Shown piece after piece: positions 9,979 through 19,331 of a stretch of 64,000 nucleotides of DNA. Position 1 is the stretch's first letter. Every line of letters starts with the position of its first letter. Source of the stretch: Candidatus Woykebacteria bacterium (GTDB lineage Bacteria; Patescibacteriota; Microgenomatia; Woykebacterales; RBG-16-39-9b); NCBI GenBank assembly GCA_040876265.1, contig JBBDPN010000001.1, positions 374,208-438,207 on the forward strand, in the 5' to 3' direction. The notes beneath the pieces are model-generated. The model did no database searches and was not told the origin of the DNA. It saw only the letters and a program-made list of their open reading frames with translations. The translations under genes were made by a program, and so were the position numbers.

Positions 9979-11036
9979 ACCAAACTTTCGTACACCTTTT
10001 TGTACTGCTCGGCAATTACCGGTGCATCGTGATATTTTTTTACAAACTCATACCCTTTCTTACCGATATTGGAGAGTTTTTCCTTATTTTTTATTATATC
10101 TTCCAAGACATCTTCCAAATCATCTTTATTAGCATTTATAATTGGGATTTCATCGCCAAAAGGGACAAGTTTTTTATACTCTTCTTTAATAAAACAGATG
10201 ACTGGCTTTTCTAAAGCCATCGCTTCTACTGCAAATCCACCATACCACCCTATCAACAGCTGATCAACAACAACATCGGATAGATTTAGCTCCCTCAATA
10301 ATTCTTCTCGTGAAATGTTTTTTGTTAGTTTCAATTCGACATTGTAGCCTTTGTTCTTTAGACTTTTAACCGTCTTCGCTAGGTATCTCGTACCCTTTAT
10401 GTCCTCATTAGTAGGAGCATGGAATATCAAAAATTTCTTTTTGGTAGTTACTGCAGATTTGTAGCTACGAATCGAACCTATATTCCTAGGGTATGGAATT
10501 ACGGCATCGTATCTAGCTACTGACCTCACTAGCCAAGGACCCATGAGAGTTATTCGATCCGAATGGGAAACGATAAATTCCTTTCTCCTATTTAACCAAT
10601 TAATAAAACTTGCACCCTGTTTTTTGTAGAAATTATTATACGGGCTACCCGCTCCATATTTTTTTACCGAACCTCCAATATCAAACACATCCGAACCGGT
10701 GAACGTGTTTACGATTTTCTTTCCCAAAATTTTTAAAACAATATGATCTACCCTGTAGTGGAAAAATGTATAGCAAGAGTAAAAGTGAAAAACATCGTAC
10801 TTTAAAACAGCTCTGACCAATAATAGTACTCCAAAGGCTTTCTGCAGAAATATATTTTTAGGTCTCCTTATCCGGACATCCACTGTTACATCCCGCCATT
10901 TATCGGTAAAACCCCAGAAATCTACTTTCAAACCTTGGCTCCTTAGGACTCTAGTAAAACTAGATATGCCGGGTGCTCCTGCATTATTAAAACCGACAAA
11001 AATTCTTTTCTTTTTTAATGCCTCTTCTTTATCCAT
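9975..11036 (-). CDS. Putative GT-B glycosyltransferase (divergent)
   Basis: The C-terminal region ...GWYGGFAVEAMALEKPVICF resembles the GT-B E-x7-E donor-binding region. The N-terminal domain is not recognised. Confidence 0.45.
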   Translation of the reverse strand: MDKEEALKKKRIFVGFNNAGAPGISSFTRVLRSQGLKVDFWGFTDKWRDVTVDVRIRRPKNIFLQKAFGVLLLVRAVLKYDVFHFYSCYTFFHYRVDHIVLKILGKKIVNTFTGSDVFDIGGSVKKYGAGSPYNNFYKKQGASFINWLNRRKEFIVSHSDRITLMGPWLVRSVARYDAVIPYPRNIGSIRSYKSAVTTKKKFLIFHAPTNEDIKGTRYLAKTVKSLKNKGYNVELKLTKNISREELLRELNLSDVVVDQLLIGWYGGFAVEAMALEKPVICFIKEEYKKLVPFGDEIPIINANKDDLEDVLEDIIKNKEKLSNIGKKGYEFVKKYHDAPVIAEQYKKVYESLV

Positions 11037-11039
11037 CAG

Positions 11040-12023
11040 CTACTTTTCCGAGGCCGTTATATAATCTTTCATTTCCTCAATCGTTTCCCTAAGTTTATCC
11101 TTAAAGTTAGTAGAAAATTCCATGCCTAATCTTTTAATCTTGGAGTTATCAACCTCAAATATTTTTATATCACCCACTACCCAATCCTTGTAAATAATGT
11201 TATTTTTCTTTGGTTTTCCAAAACTTTCTAAAACGAGTTCCGCCAACTCTCCCACCGTCACTTTTATACCTGAAGCGCAGTTGTAAATCTCACCTCTAGC
11301 ACGATCGTCCGTTGCAACAAGTAAATTCGCTTTTACAACGTCACCTACATATGTAAAGGAGCGTTGTTGAGTGCCATCACCAAATATAGTAATTGGCTCG
11401 TCCCGAAGCATATTTCGGATGAAAATAGCCACCACCCCACCAAAATCTCCAAAATCTTGCCGGGGACCAAAAACATGAAAATATCTTAAAACCGTTGTAT
11501 CTAAACCAAATGACCTTTCAAAAAGTTTTGCGTATTTTTCACCAGCCAACTTGCTTACCCCATAGACAGAGGTGGGATTTAAGGGGTGATCTTCCGTCTG
11601 TGGAAATTGCATGGGTTCACCGTATACTGACCCTGTGGACGCATGAACAAATTTTTTTACTCCACTATCCCTTGCAAGCTCCAGAAGATTGAACGTCCCT
11701 TTAGCATTTACATCCAAATCCCTCCTGGGATCTTTTAGGGAAACGGTTTTTTTTGACGCTGCGTTATGAAACACAACATCAACATCTTTAAAATGTTTTT
11801 TCAACCCATCAAAATCGCAAACATCCACATCTGCTTCTTTAAAATTCCTAAATCTTTTAAGATGTTCTACATTTTTTGCTTTACCGGCCACGTAATTATC
11901 TACTGAAATAACTTCCAAACCTGAGTTTACTAACTCTTCACAAACGTGAGAACCAATAAAACCAGCTCCTCCAGTCACCAATGCTTTTTTATACTTATCT
12001 TGTAATTTCTTCCTTAAACCCAT
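11040..12023 (-). CDS. NAD-dependent nucleotide-sugar epimerase/dehydratase (extended SDR)
   Basis: KKALVTGGAGFIGSHVCEEL is the Rossmann motif of UDP-sugar epimerases/decarboxylases. The start is trimmed to the in-frame ATG (MGLRKK), which abuts the upstream stop. The track ORF extends to 12071. Confidence 0.8.
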   Translation of the reverse strand: MGLRKKLQDKYKKALVTGGAGFIGSHVCEELVNSGLEVISVDNYVAGKAKNVEHLKRFRNFKEADVDVCDFDGLKKHFKDVDVVFHNAASKKTVSLKDPRRDLDVNAKGTFNLLELARDSGVKKFVHASTGSVYGEPMQFPQTEDHPLNPTSVYGVSKLAGEKYAKLFERSFGLDTTVLRYFHVFGPRQDFGDFGGVVAIFIRNMLRDEPITIFGDGTQQRSFTYVGDVVKANLLVATDDRARGEIYNCASGIKVTVGELAELVLESFGKPKKNNIIYKDWVVGDIKIFEVDNSKIKRLGMEFSTNFKDKLRETIEEMKDYITASEK

Positions 12024-12532
12024 TAGAACCTCCTTTTTATTAATTTCGCCGGGACCCCGGCATATACGCAATTATCGTCCAAATCTTTTGTAACAACTGA
12101 CCCAGCTCCAACAACCACTCCGGAACCTATTTTTACTCCTGGTAATATTATTACGTTAGCTCCAATCCAAACATCATCGCCTATCTTAACTGCTTTTTTA
12201 ATCAACTTACCCTCTCTTATTTTTGCGCCTGGGTTATCGTAGGGGTGGGTTGAAGAAAAAATTTTTGTTCCCACCGCGATAGAAACGTCATTACCTATTT
12301 TTACTCCTCCGTAACCAGATATCAAGCAAAATTGTTGAATACTAACATTGTTGCCAATTTCGATATTTTCAGGCTCAGTAACAAATGTTGCCGGTCCTAC
12401 AATAACTGATCGACCCATATTTTTTAACAAAAATCCTAACGCTGAGCGCCTTAAACGTTTAAAAAATCTTCCTTCCCTGTATCGGAATGTCGTAACTGTA
12501 AATTCAGCTAGTTTTCTTTTTAAATTACCCAT
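12023..12532 (-). CDS. Hexapeptide-repeat O-/N-acetyltransferase (left-handed beta-helix)
   Basis: Repeated [LIV]G-x-x-x-x hexapeptides (VKIGNDVSIAVGTKI...VKIGDDVWIGANVII). Length is 169 aa. Confidence 0.75.
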   Translation of the reverse strand: MGNLKRKLAEFTVTTFRYREGRFFKRLRRSALGFLLKNMGRSVIVGPATFVTEPENIEIGNNVSIQQFCLISGYGGVKIGNDVSIAVGTKIFSSTHPYDNPGAKIREGKLIKKAVKIGDDVWIGANVIILPGVKIGSGVVVGAGSVVTKDLDDNCVYAGVPAKLIKRRF

Positions 12533-14024
12533 CGTAATTGACCCTCAGTAACCTCAAAGCTTTATTACTAGTCCTTTTAATAAATCTTTTATCGGCGTCT
12601 GTTAAAATTGCAAATTTATAAATTATCAAAAAGTACACCAAACTATAAATCAGGGTGGAAGCTATTAATCTAGGCAGATCTGGGACGTCTAGAAACAGTA
12701 TAATTGGCACAAAAACAATACCCGCTAAGACTGCTATAAAGAAATTTTTACTCACCGAGTACCATGGGAAAATATCTCTAAGTGAAAATTTCATAAATCT
12801 TTTTATCACAACTATATAATAAATAACATTTGTGAATGTAGAAATCACCGTCGCGATGGCGGGACCGATAAGACCAAGAAATACTACCAAAACGGGATTT
12901 AATACGGCGTTAACAGTAAAAAAAGCAACTGACCCTTTTAAGTTCTCTCTGGTCTTTCCAATAGCTTGTAAAATAATACCGTAACTGGCAACTCTCACAA
13001 TAAGCAAAAGAAGATAAATCCTAAAGTAGGGAACGCTGGATGCAAATTTTTCAGAATAAAGTGTAGTTATGATTTCTTTGGAAAAGACCATAGCTAATAC
13101 AAATATGGGCAGTATGACTATGCTTAATTTCCTTATTGAGTTATGCCAGATGTCTACTAGATGTTTGACTTTTCCTTCGGCATATTCTCTAGACATTTCG
13201 GGAAGTATAACCTGGGTCACAGACGACCTTATCAAACCAACGAAAGGTATTTCAGTTGCACCCAATACATAGACAGCGTAGAGCTCTGGAGGGAAGTTTA
13301 TAGAAACAACCAATTTATCAAACTCCCACGCTATTATACCTACAACAGAAGTCAGGGCTAAGGGAATACCGTAAGCTAACTGCGCTTTATAATTTTTTAG
13401 ATCAATTTTCATCAAAGTTTTTAGGCTGAGAAGATTTTTAGTGTATACAATGGCGAAAATTGGAAGCAGAAGACTGATAAGAGAAACCGATAGGACAATT
13501 AAAACTAAGTTTTTATTAAAGATAAGTGCGCTTGCGATAGTAAAGGAAAAGATTAAAACACCTTTAGCCAGTGGATAAACCAACAGCATTTTTACCCTGT
13601 TATAAAGTACTAAAATGGGCTGGAAAAATTGCTCGCTGACATGGGCAAAAGCGTATACTCCAAATACAATTAATAGTATTCCAAGCTGAGGATTCTGCAT
13701 CAATTTAGGTGCCCATAAAGAAGAAAGAGAAACAAATACCCCCAGCAGCAAACCCAGAATAAACAAAAGACTTATTGATCTTGCCACGAATAATTTCTTT
13801 TCGTCCTCTTTTTTTAATCTAGCTAAAAAATAATAAATACTTGCTGGTATACCTGTAATGAAAATGGGCGCAAGTAAATGGTAAATTAAGAAAATTTGTT
13901 TATAGGTACCTAGATCAGCTTGGGTCAAGATACGTGCTAATATGACCGTAGATAGAACCGTTATTAACTGAGCAATCCCAGCTCCAAACGCAATGACAGC
14001 TGCTTTTGAACTTAGATTAGACAT
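12525..14024 (-). CDS. wzx: Polysaccharide flippase (Wzx, MOP superfamily)
   Basis: The 499-aa protein has about 12-14 transmembrane segments. This is the typical Wzx/polysaccharide biosynthesis protein architecture. Confidence 0.7.
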   Translation of the reverse strand: MSNLSSKAAVIAFGAGIAQLITVLSTVILARILTQADLGTYKQIFLIYHLLAPIFITGIPASIYYFLARLKKEDEKKLFVARSISLLFILGLLLGVFVSLSSLWAPKLMQNPQLGILLIVFGVYAFAHVSEQFFQPILVLYNRVKMLLVYPLAKGVLIFSFTIASALIFNKNLVLIVLSVSLISLLLPIFAIVYTKNLLSLKTLMKIDLKNYKAQLAYGIPLALTSVVGIIAWEFDKLVVSINFPPELYAVYVLGATEIPFVGLIRSSVTQVILPEMSREYAEGKVKHLVDIWHNSIRKLSIVILPIFVLAMVFSKEIITTLYSEKFASSVPYFRIYLLLLIVRVASYGIILQAIGKTRENLKGSVAFFTVNAVLNPVLVVFLGLIGPAIATVISTFTNVIYYIVVIKRFMKFSLRDIFPWYSVSKNFFIAVLAGIVFVPIILFLDVPDLPRLIASTLIYSLVYFLIIYKFAILTDADKRFIKRTSNKALRLLRVNYDG

Positions 14025-14025
14025 T

Positions 14026-14247
14026 TTAGAAAATTTTTAAGGCTCTAACAATTGTATCTAATTCTTTAGAGCTTAAACTTGGATGTATAGGTATTGAAAC
14101 AACTTCCTTAGCAACCGCTTCCGAATTTGGAAATTTTTGCTTTGAATAGCCTTTAAATGCTTTTTGTTTGTGTAAAGGCACCGGGTAGTAGATACCGTAA
14201 CCAATTCCTGCCTCGCCTATTCTTTTGGAAAGTAATTGGTGATTCAC
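14026..14247 (-). pseudogene. 3' remnant of a second DegT/DnrJ/EryC1-family aminotransferase gene
   Basis: The 73-aa ORF matches only the last ~57 residues of the full DegT gene at 14933-16000 (...GYGIYYPVPLHKQKAFKGYSKQKFPNSE... versus ...IGYGIYYPLPIHKQKPFKTYSNQKFPESE...). By-eye amino-acid identity is about 60%. It has no N-terminal or PLP-binding part. Confidence 0.6.
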
Positions 14248-14250
14248 AGC

Positions 14251-14673
14251 TTACCTTCTTTCATATTCAACCAAAAACTCGTCGGCAGTTATAATTTTAA
14301 CATCTCCAAATTTCTTCAGTGGCAAAATATGCTTTTTATCTCCGGAAATTATGAAATCTGCCTTTGCCTCGACCGCTGCTTCCAGAAACATGTTATCTGT
14401 CTTATACTTTATTATGGATAATCTTTGCTTAGGATAAACAAACCGGGCGATTTCCTTAATGGACTGTAAAGCTGCCAAAACACTCTCATCACGCCACTTA
14501 AACTTTTGGGATAACACTTTCGCCACCTCACTAATAATTGCCGGTGAAACGATCAATTCTATTTTATTTTCGGTTGCTAGGAAAAATATTTTTTCTGGCT
14601 TCCCGCCAAAAATCAGAGCAGAAATATAAATATTGGTATCAAGGACGACCCTAGGTTTCCCCTCTGAACTCAT
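14251..14673 (-). CDS. vapC: PIN-domain ribonuclease toxin (VapC-like)
   Basis: VVLDTNIYISAL... is the PIN N-terminal acidic motif. Length is 140 aa. It overlaps the upstream antitoxin ORF by 23 nt. Confidence 0.7.
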   Translation of the reverse strand: MSSEGKPRVVLDTNIYISALIFGGKPEKIFFLATENKIELIVSPAIISEVAKVLSQKFKWRDESVLAALQSIKEIARFVYPKQRLSIIKYKTDNMFLEAAVEAKADFIISGDKKHILPLKKFGDVKIITADEFLVEYERR

Positions 14674-14902
14674 GGATTAGCCTATCTATGTCGTCCTCAT
14701 TTTTAATATTAAATTTTATACCTGTATCTTCACCTAATTTGCGAAGGCTCTTCCAACCCTCTCTCCAATCTGATTTTCTTTTTAAATTCACTACCGAACG
14801 AATAAACTCGCTCTTAGTTTTACCCTCGGTTTTAGCAAGATTGCTAACTACTTTATAGGTTTCTTCTGGCAACGACACGGAAAGTATTTTTGTTCTCCTC
14901 AT
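14651..14902 (-). CDS. vapB: Ribbon-helix-helix (CopG/RHH) antitoxin
   Basis: The 83-aa protein has RTKILSVSLPEETYKVVSNLAKTEGKTKSEFIRSVV, an RHH-like DNA-binding N-terminus. It lies upstream of and overlapping the PIN toxin. Confidence 0.6.
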   Translation of the reverse strand: MRRTKILSVSLPEETYKVVSNLAKTEGKTKSEFIRSVVNLKRKSDWREGWKSLRKLGEDTGIKFNIKNEDDIDRLIHEFRGET

Positions 14903-14932
14903 AGTATTACTAAGTATTACAAATAAATCACG

Positions 14933-16000
14933 CTATGTCAACAATCGGGATATCGTGTCAATATCCCTTTTAGAGACGCTAGGATTTACAGGCAACGAAA
15001 GAACTTTTTTTGCAGATTTTTCGGATTCTGGAAATTTCTGATTTGAATAGGTTTTAAACGGTTTTTGCTTATGGATAGGCAGAGGATAGTAAATACCATA
15101 ACCAATGTCAGCCTTTTTAAGTCTGGCTATTAGCGAATCGCGATTGGCGGTTCGGATAGTGTATTGATGAAAAACATGCCGATAACCTCCTGGGACGTGT
15201 GGAGTGATTAGTTCATTGTTCATAGCTCTTAGTTTTCTAGTTAAAAAATCGGCGTTTTCTATTCTTTTCTTTGTAAAACTTTCGAGTTTTTTTAGTTGTT
15301 CTATACCAATAACAGCAGCTATATTGGTCATCCGGAAGTTGTACCCAAGGGTGTCGTGATAATAGAGTTTCTGCATTCCCTGGTTCCTAAAAAGCTTTGC
15401 GCGAGCCGCCAGCTGCGAGTCGTTTGTGGTGACCATCCCACCCTCTCCGGTAGTCATATTCTTGGTTGGGTAAAAGGAGAATGTCGCTGCTAGACCCCAA
15501 GTTCCTGCTTTTTTACCACGGATATCCGCTCCATGAGCCTGGGCCGCGTCCTCTATAACAATTAGTTTATGTTTCTTGGCAATCTTGTTGATTGTTTCCA
15601 TATCAGCCATAAGACCGTAGAGATGAACTGGGATAATAGCTTTAGTTTTCTTAGTAATTGCAGCTTCAATTAGTTTAGGATTTATATTGTAGGTTTCCGG
15701 ATCGATATCAACAAATACTGGCTTCGCACCTGTAAAAAGAATTGTCGAGGCAGTCGCAAAAAAGGTAAATGGAGTAGTGATTACTTCATCGCCAGGACCA
15801 ACACTGGCAGCAGTCAAAGCCACCATCAGAGCACTGGTACCGTTGTCCGTGGCAACTGCGTACTTCATCCCACAATACCCTGCAAACGCTTCTTCAAATT
15901 CCGCAACTACCTCGCCTTGAGCCAGTTTACCACTCCTTAGTACCTCTAACACAGCTCTTTCCTCTTCCTTTCCGATTATCGGTTTCGCAATTGGTATCAT
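14933..16000 (-). CDS. DegT/DnrJ/EryC1 PLP-dependent aminotransferase (WbpE-like UDP-keto-sugar aminotransferase)
   Basis: Full-length 355 aa with DNGTSAL and other sugar-aminotransferase motifs. It overlaps the downstream acetyltransferase by 4 nt. Confidence 0.85.
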   Translation of the reverse strand: MIPIAKPIIGKEEERAVLEVLRSGKLAQGEVVAEFEEAFAGYCGMKYAVATDNGTSALMVALTAASVGPGDEVITTPFTFFATASTILFTGAKPVFVDIDPETYNINPKLIEAAITKKTKAIIPVHLYGLMADMETINKIAKKHKLIVIEDAAQAHGADIRGKKAGTWGLAATFSFYPTKNMTTGEGGMVTTNDSQLAARAKLFRNQGMQKLYYHDTLGYNFRMTNIAAVIGIEQLKKLESFTKKRIENADFLTRKLRAMNNELITPHVPGGYRHVFHQYTIRTANRDSLIARLKKADIGYGIYYPLPIHKQKPFKTYSNQKFPESEKSAKKVLSLPVNPSVSKRDIDTISRLLT

Positions 16001-16512
16001 ATCCCTTTTACCTTCTCTCCTTTCTCGTTCGCGTAACCAACAAGCTTGGCTGGATTGCCGACAACAATTCCGTAGTCAGGTACATCGCGAGTTACGACCG
16101 CTCCGGCTCCCACCAGAGCCCATTTTCCGATTGTTATATCCGGTAGGATAGTAGCGTTTGCGCCGATCGCTGACCCATACTTAACTCGCGTTTTAGAAAC
16201 TTTCCAGTCGCTTCCGCCTTTCGGAGTACCGTACGGATTTATTGCCCTGGGATTTTTATCATTGGTGAAACAAACATGAGGACCGAGAAAAACTCCAGCC
16301 TCAATTTCCACGCCGTGGTAAACGGAAACGTTATTTTGTATCTTGCAGTTGTCACCGATTTTTACATCTCTATCTATATAAACATTTTTGCCCAGGACGC
16401 AGTTTTTCCCGATGATTGCTCCCTCTCGTACTTGGGAATTGTTCCAAATGACGACATCTTTGCCAATTTTTGCTTTTTTCGAAACATCCGCGCTTTGGTG
16501 GATCCTCATCAA
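15997..16512 (-). CDS. Hexapeptide-repeat N-acetyltransferase (WbpD-like)
   Basis: Left-handed beta-helix repeats. It lies between the oxidoreductase and the aminotransferase, as in wbpB-wbpD-wbpE loci. Confidence 0.7.
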   Translation of the reverse strand: MMRIHQSADVSKKAKIGKDVVIWNNSQVREGAIIGKNCVLGKNVYIDRDVKIGDNCKIQNNVSVYHGVEIEAGVFLGPHVCFTNDKNPRAINPYGTPKGGSDWKVSKTRVKYGSAIGANATILPDITIGKWALVGAGAVVTRDVPDYGIVVGNPAKLVGYANEKGEKVKGI

Positions 16513-17585
16513 ACCCTACCTTCCTTTAGCCTTATGTTCTCTGTTGCTAAGGTAGCAATCCGCAAAGCATGAAGGGCATCTTCGGCGCTTACAAAAGGAG
16601 GGTTACCATTTGCTACTGAATCTACGAAATGCTCAAGCTGAAGTCTTAGTGGCTCCACGGTATCAACCGGGATTTTCTTACCCTTGCTCTCCTTGAATTT
16701 ACCGACAAAATCCTCAAAATCGTCAAACTCCTGAGTGTACTGCGTATCGAACAAAATTAGATCTTGAGTAATTAGATTTACCACCGCGTAACCTTTTGTT
16801 CCTGTCACGTTTAACTTTCGAATTTTCACTGGGGTAAGCCAATTTACCTGGACATGACCGGTTACTTTTAACCCATCACTGTTAGCCGGGTATTCCAAAA
16901 AAATATCAGCGTAATCTTCGTGTTTGCGTAAAATCACTCTACCACCAGAAGCGTAAACATTTATCGGGTGGCCGTCTAGTATAAAATTAAGCAGATCAAT
17001 ATCGTGCACACCAATATCCAGGACCACGTTGGCATCTTTTACCCGGGCCGGCACAACACCGGTGCGACGAGCCATGATTGAAACGATCGTACCAAGCTTA
17101 CCTTCTTTGATGAGTTCTTTAAGCTTCGAGACAGCTGGGTTGAACCTTTCGATATGGCCAACAGTTAGTTTAAGCTTCTTGCCCTTAGCAGATTCTATTA
17201 TCTCTTTTGCTTCTTCCAGATTAGTAGATATTGGCTTCTCAATCAAAATATTACTTCCAGCCTCCAAAGCGTCCAGAGCAACACTGTGGTGCCAACGCGT
17301 TGGAGTGGAGATAGTAACAATATCCGGCTTCTCTCTTTTTAACATCTCGCTATAGTCTTTATAATATTTCGCCGCGTAGAGATTTGCTATTTTCTTTCCG
17401 GCCCTCTCATCGAGATCGCTTATCGCGACAAGATCTACCGCTGGTAGCTGGGCGTAATTTCGAGCGTGGTGACGCCCCATATTACCTACTCCAATCACCG
17501 CCGCCTTCAAAATTTTTGCTGGTTTAGTTCTTTGTTTTGAGCTAATAGTTTTTTCTTTTTTTGTTTTTACTTTTGTAGTTTTCAT
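16509..17585 (-). CDS. Gfo/Idh/MocA-family oxidoreductase (WbpB-like UDP-GlcNAcA 3-dehydrogenase)
   Basis: AAVIGVGNMGRHH is the Rossmann N-terminus of Gfo/Idh/MocA. The start is probably the internal ATG at 17585 (MKTTKVK); the track ORF runs to 17615. The N-terminus is Lys-rich. Confidence 0.7.
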   Translation of the reverse strand: MKTTKVKTKKEKTISSKQRTKPAKILKAAVIGVGNMGRHHARNYAQLPAVDLVAISDLDERAGKKIANLYAAKYYKDYSEMLKREKPDIVTISTPTRWHHSVALDALEAGSNILIEKPISTNLEEAKEIIESAKGKKLKLTVGHIERFNPAVSKLKELIKEGKLGTIVSIMARRTGVVPARVKDANVVLDIGVHDIDLLNFILDGHPINVYASGGRVILRKHEDYADIFLEYPANSDGLKVTGHVQVNWLTPVKIRKLNVTGTKGYAVVNLITQDLILFDTQYTQEFDDFEDFVGKFKESKGKKIPVDTVEPLRLQLEHFVDSVANGNPPFVSAEDALHALRIATLATENIRLKEGRV

Positions 17586-17629
17586 AAAATTTAGCTCTAA
17601 GCTATGAACTAACAACTATTAACTAAATA

Positions 17630-18964
17630 CTAAATGTTTCCAACTCCTTTGTATATAAATCCTAGCTTTCTGGATTTTTCCTTATCAAAAATATTTCTGC
17701 CGTCAATTATAACCGGTGTTTTCATCAAGGATTTTATTTTTTTCAAATCAAGTCTCTTGTAATCATTGTGAGCCACCATAAAAACCGCTGCATCTGCGTC
17801 TTTCAAAGTTTTTTTTAAGTCAATTTTGTACCCATCAACAAACGGATCTTGAATCACTAAGTTCTTCACCTTAGCTTTGAGTTTTGGAACCAGATATTGC
17901 GTTGGAGTATCCCTGGTATCATCCGAATTGGCAAGAAATGAGTAACCAAGCACAGCTACAGACGCATCCTTCATTTTAACTCCTACCTCTTTTAAAGCCG
18001 CTTCTAAAAGATTGACCATGTGAGTCGGCATAAAATCATTGACCTTACGAACAGTTTCGACTAAGTCCACGGCGGTTTTGGCCTCGGCCTCTTTATCACC
18101 TCTCAAAAAAGATACCTGCAATAGCCCATCTTTGGGTATGCAGTGACCACCAACACCTGCACCGGGAAGATGTACATTCCTGTCTTCAACTTTGTTTACC
18201 AACTGTCGCACTTTGTAAACGTCCACCCCGAGCTTTTCGGCTGTCAAAGCAAGGGTATTAGCAAAGGCTATTTCCAGATCTCGGTAAGCGTTTTCGGCTG
18301 TCTTCACAAGTTCAGCGGTAGAGACATCCACTGGATCCAGGTCACCTTTAACGTAAGTTTTGTAAAGAGTCACCATGACTTGGGCTGTTTCCGGATCCCA
18401 TCCACCAACAACCCGGTGGTAATTTTCTACGTTTCGCAATAGCTTCCCAACCATCACTCTCTCTGGACAATTACCAAGATAGAAATCTTTTCCTACCTTC
18501 AGGCCGGACTCTTTTTCAAGGGTTGGCGCAACGAGGTTTTTCATAGTTCCAGGAGCGATAGTGGACTCAATAATAACCAGGGCTCCCTTTTTTAGATTTT
18601 GGGCGGTGCTTTTCAGAGCTGAACGAAGCGCTTCGTACTTTGGGACACGTTCTTGCTTATCGACCGGCGTCTCGACAGCAACTATAACCACATCTGCTTT
18701 TTTTAATAAAGAATAATCTGTGGTGGCGACCAGTCTACCAGTTTTGATGGTCTCCTTTACCAATTTCTCCAGCCCTGGCTCATCACCCTCGATAGGGGAT
18801 TTACCAGTCTTGATCAAATCAACTTTTTCCTGCCCCCTATTTATACCAATTACTCTAAATCCGGCTCTGGCCAACATACAGGCAACCGGTATGCCTACGT
18901 AACCCAAACCTATTACGGCAATATTCGCCTTTTTACTTTTTATTAATTTTTTCAGTTGGTTCAT
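17630..18964 (-). CDS. UDP-N-acetyl-D-glucosamine/mannosamine 6-dehydrogenase (WbpA/WecC family)
   Basis: IAVIGLGYVGIPVA matches the NAD-binding motif. The catalytic Cys region GGHCIPKD matches the nucleotide-sugar dehydrogenase family. Length is 444 aa. Confidence 0.85.
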   Translation of the reverse strand: MNQLKKLIKSKKANIAVIGLGYVGIPVACMLARAGFRVIGINRGQEKVDLIKTGKSPIEGDEPGLEKLVKETIKTGRLVATTDYSLLKKADVVIVAVETPVDKQERVPKYEALRSALKSTAQNLKKGALVIIESTIAPGTMKNLVAPTLEKESGLKVGKDFYLGNCPERVMVGKLLRNVENYHRVVGGWDPETAQVMVTLYKTYVKGDLDPVDVSTAELVKTAENAYRDLEIAFANTLALTAEKLGVDVYKVRQLVNKVEDRNVHLPGAGVGGHCIPKDGLLQVSFLRGDKEAEAKTAVDLVETVRKVNDFMPTHMVNLLEAALKEVGVKMKDASVAVLGYSFLANSDDTRDTPTQYLVPKLKAKVKNLVIQDPFVDGYKIDLKKTLKDADAAVFMVAHNDYKRLDLKKIKSLMKTPVIIDGRNIFDKEKSRKLGFIYKGVGNI

Positions 18965-19082
18965 TTAAGAATTTCCAAAAATTTCTCGAAAGCCAATTCT
19001 AGCACAATTCTTATATAGGCTCAAACCGTGACGACTATGACTCTTGTATCAATCGCCCTGCTTGCGTTATAATCGAGCACAT

Positions 19083-19331
19083 ATGAAAATAAATCGACTA
19101 GCAAATATATCTATTTTAGTTTTAATATTTATTTCTATTTCAACCAGACAAGCAAACGCCTATCTTGATCCTGGCACCGGAAGTTACATCCTCCAACTTC
19201 TAGTCGCCGGGGGCCTTGGTGGCGCCTTTGCGGTAAAAACGTTTTGGAGTAACATAGTCTCGTTCCTTAGTAAGATTTTTGGAAGAAAAAACAAAACTGC
19301 GGCCCGCAAAAAGTCAAATGCCAAAGAGTAG
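19083..19331 (+). CDS. Small secreted/membrane cationic peptide (82 aa precursor)
   Basis: Predicted signal peptide MKINRLANISILVLIFISISTRQANA, with cleavage after ANA. The mature part has a Gly-rich hydrophobic helix (QLLVAGGLGGAFAV) and a Lys/Arg-rich tail. A candidate TTGTAT-N18-TATAAT promoter ends a few nt before the ATG. Confidence 0.35.
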   Translation: MKINRLANISILVLIFISISTRQANAYLDPGTGSYILQLLVAGGLGGAFAVKTFWSNIVSFLSKIFGRKNKTAARKKSNAKE

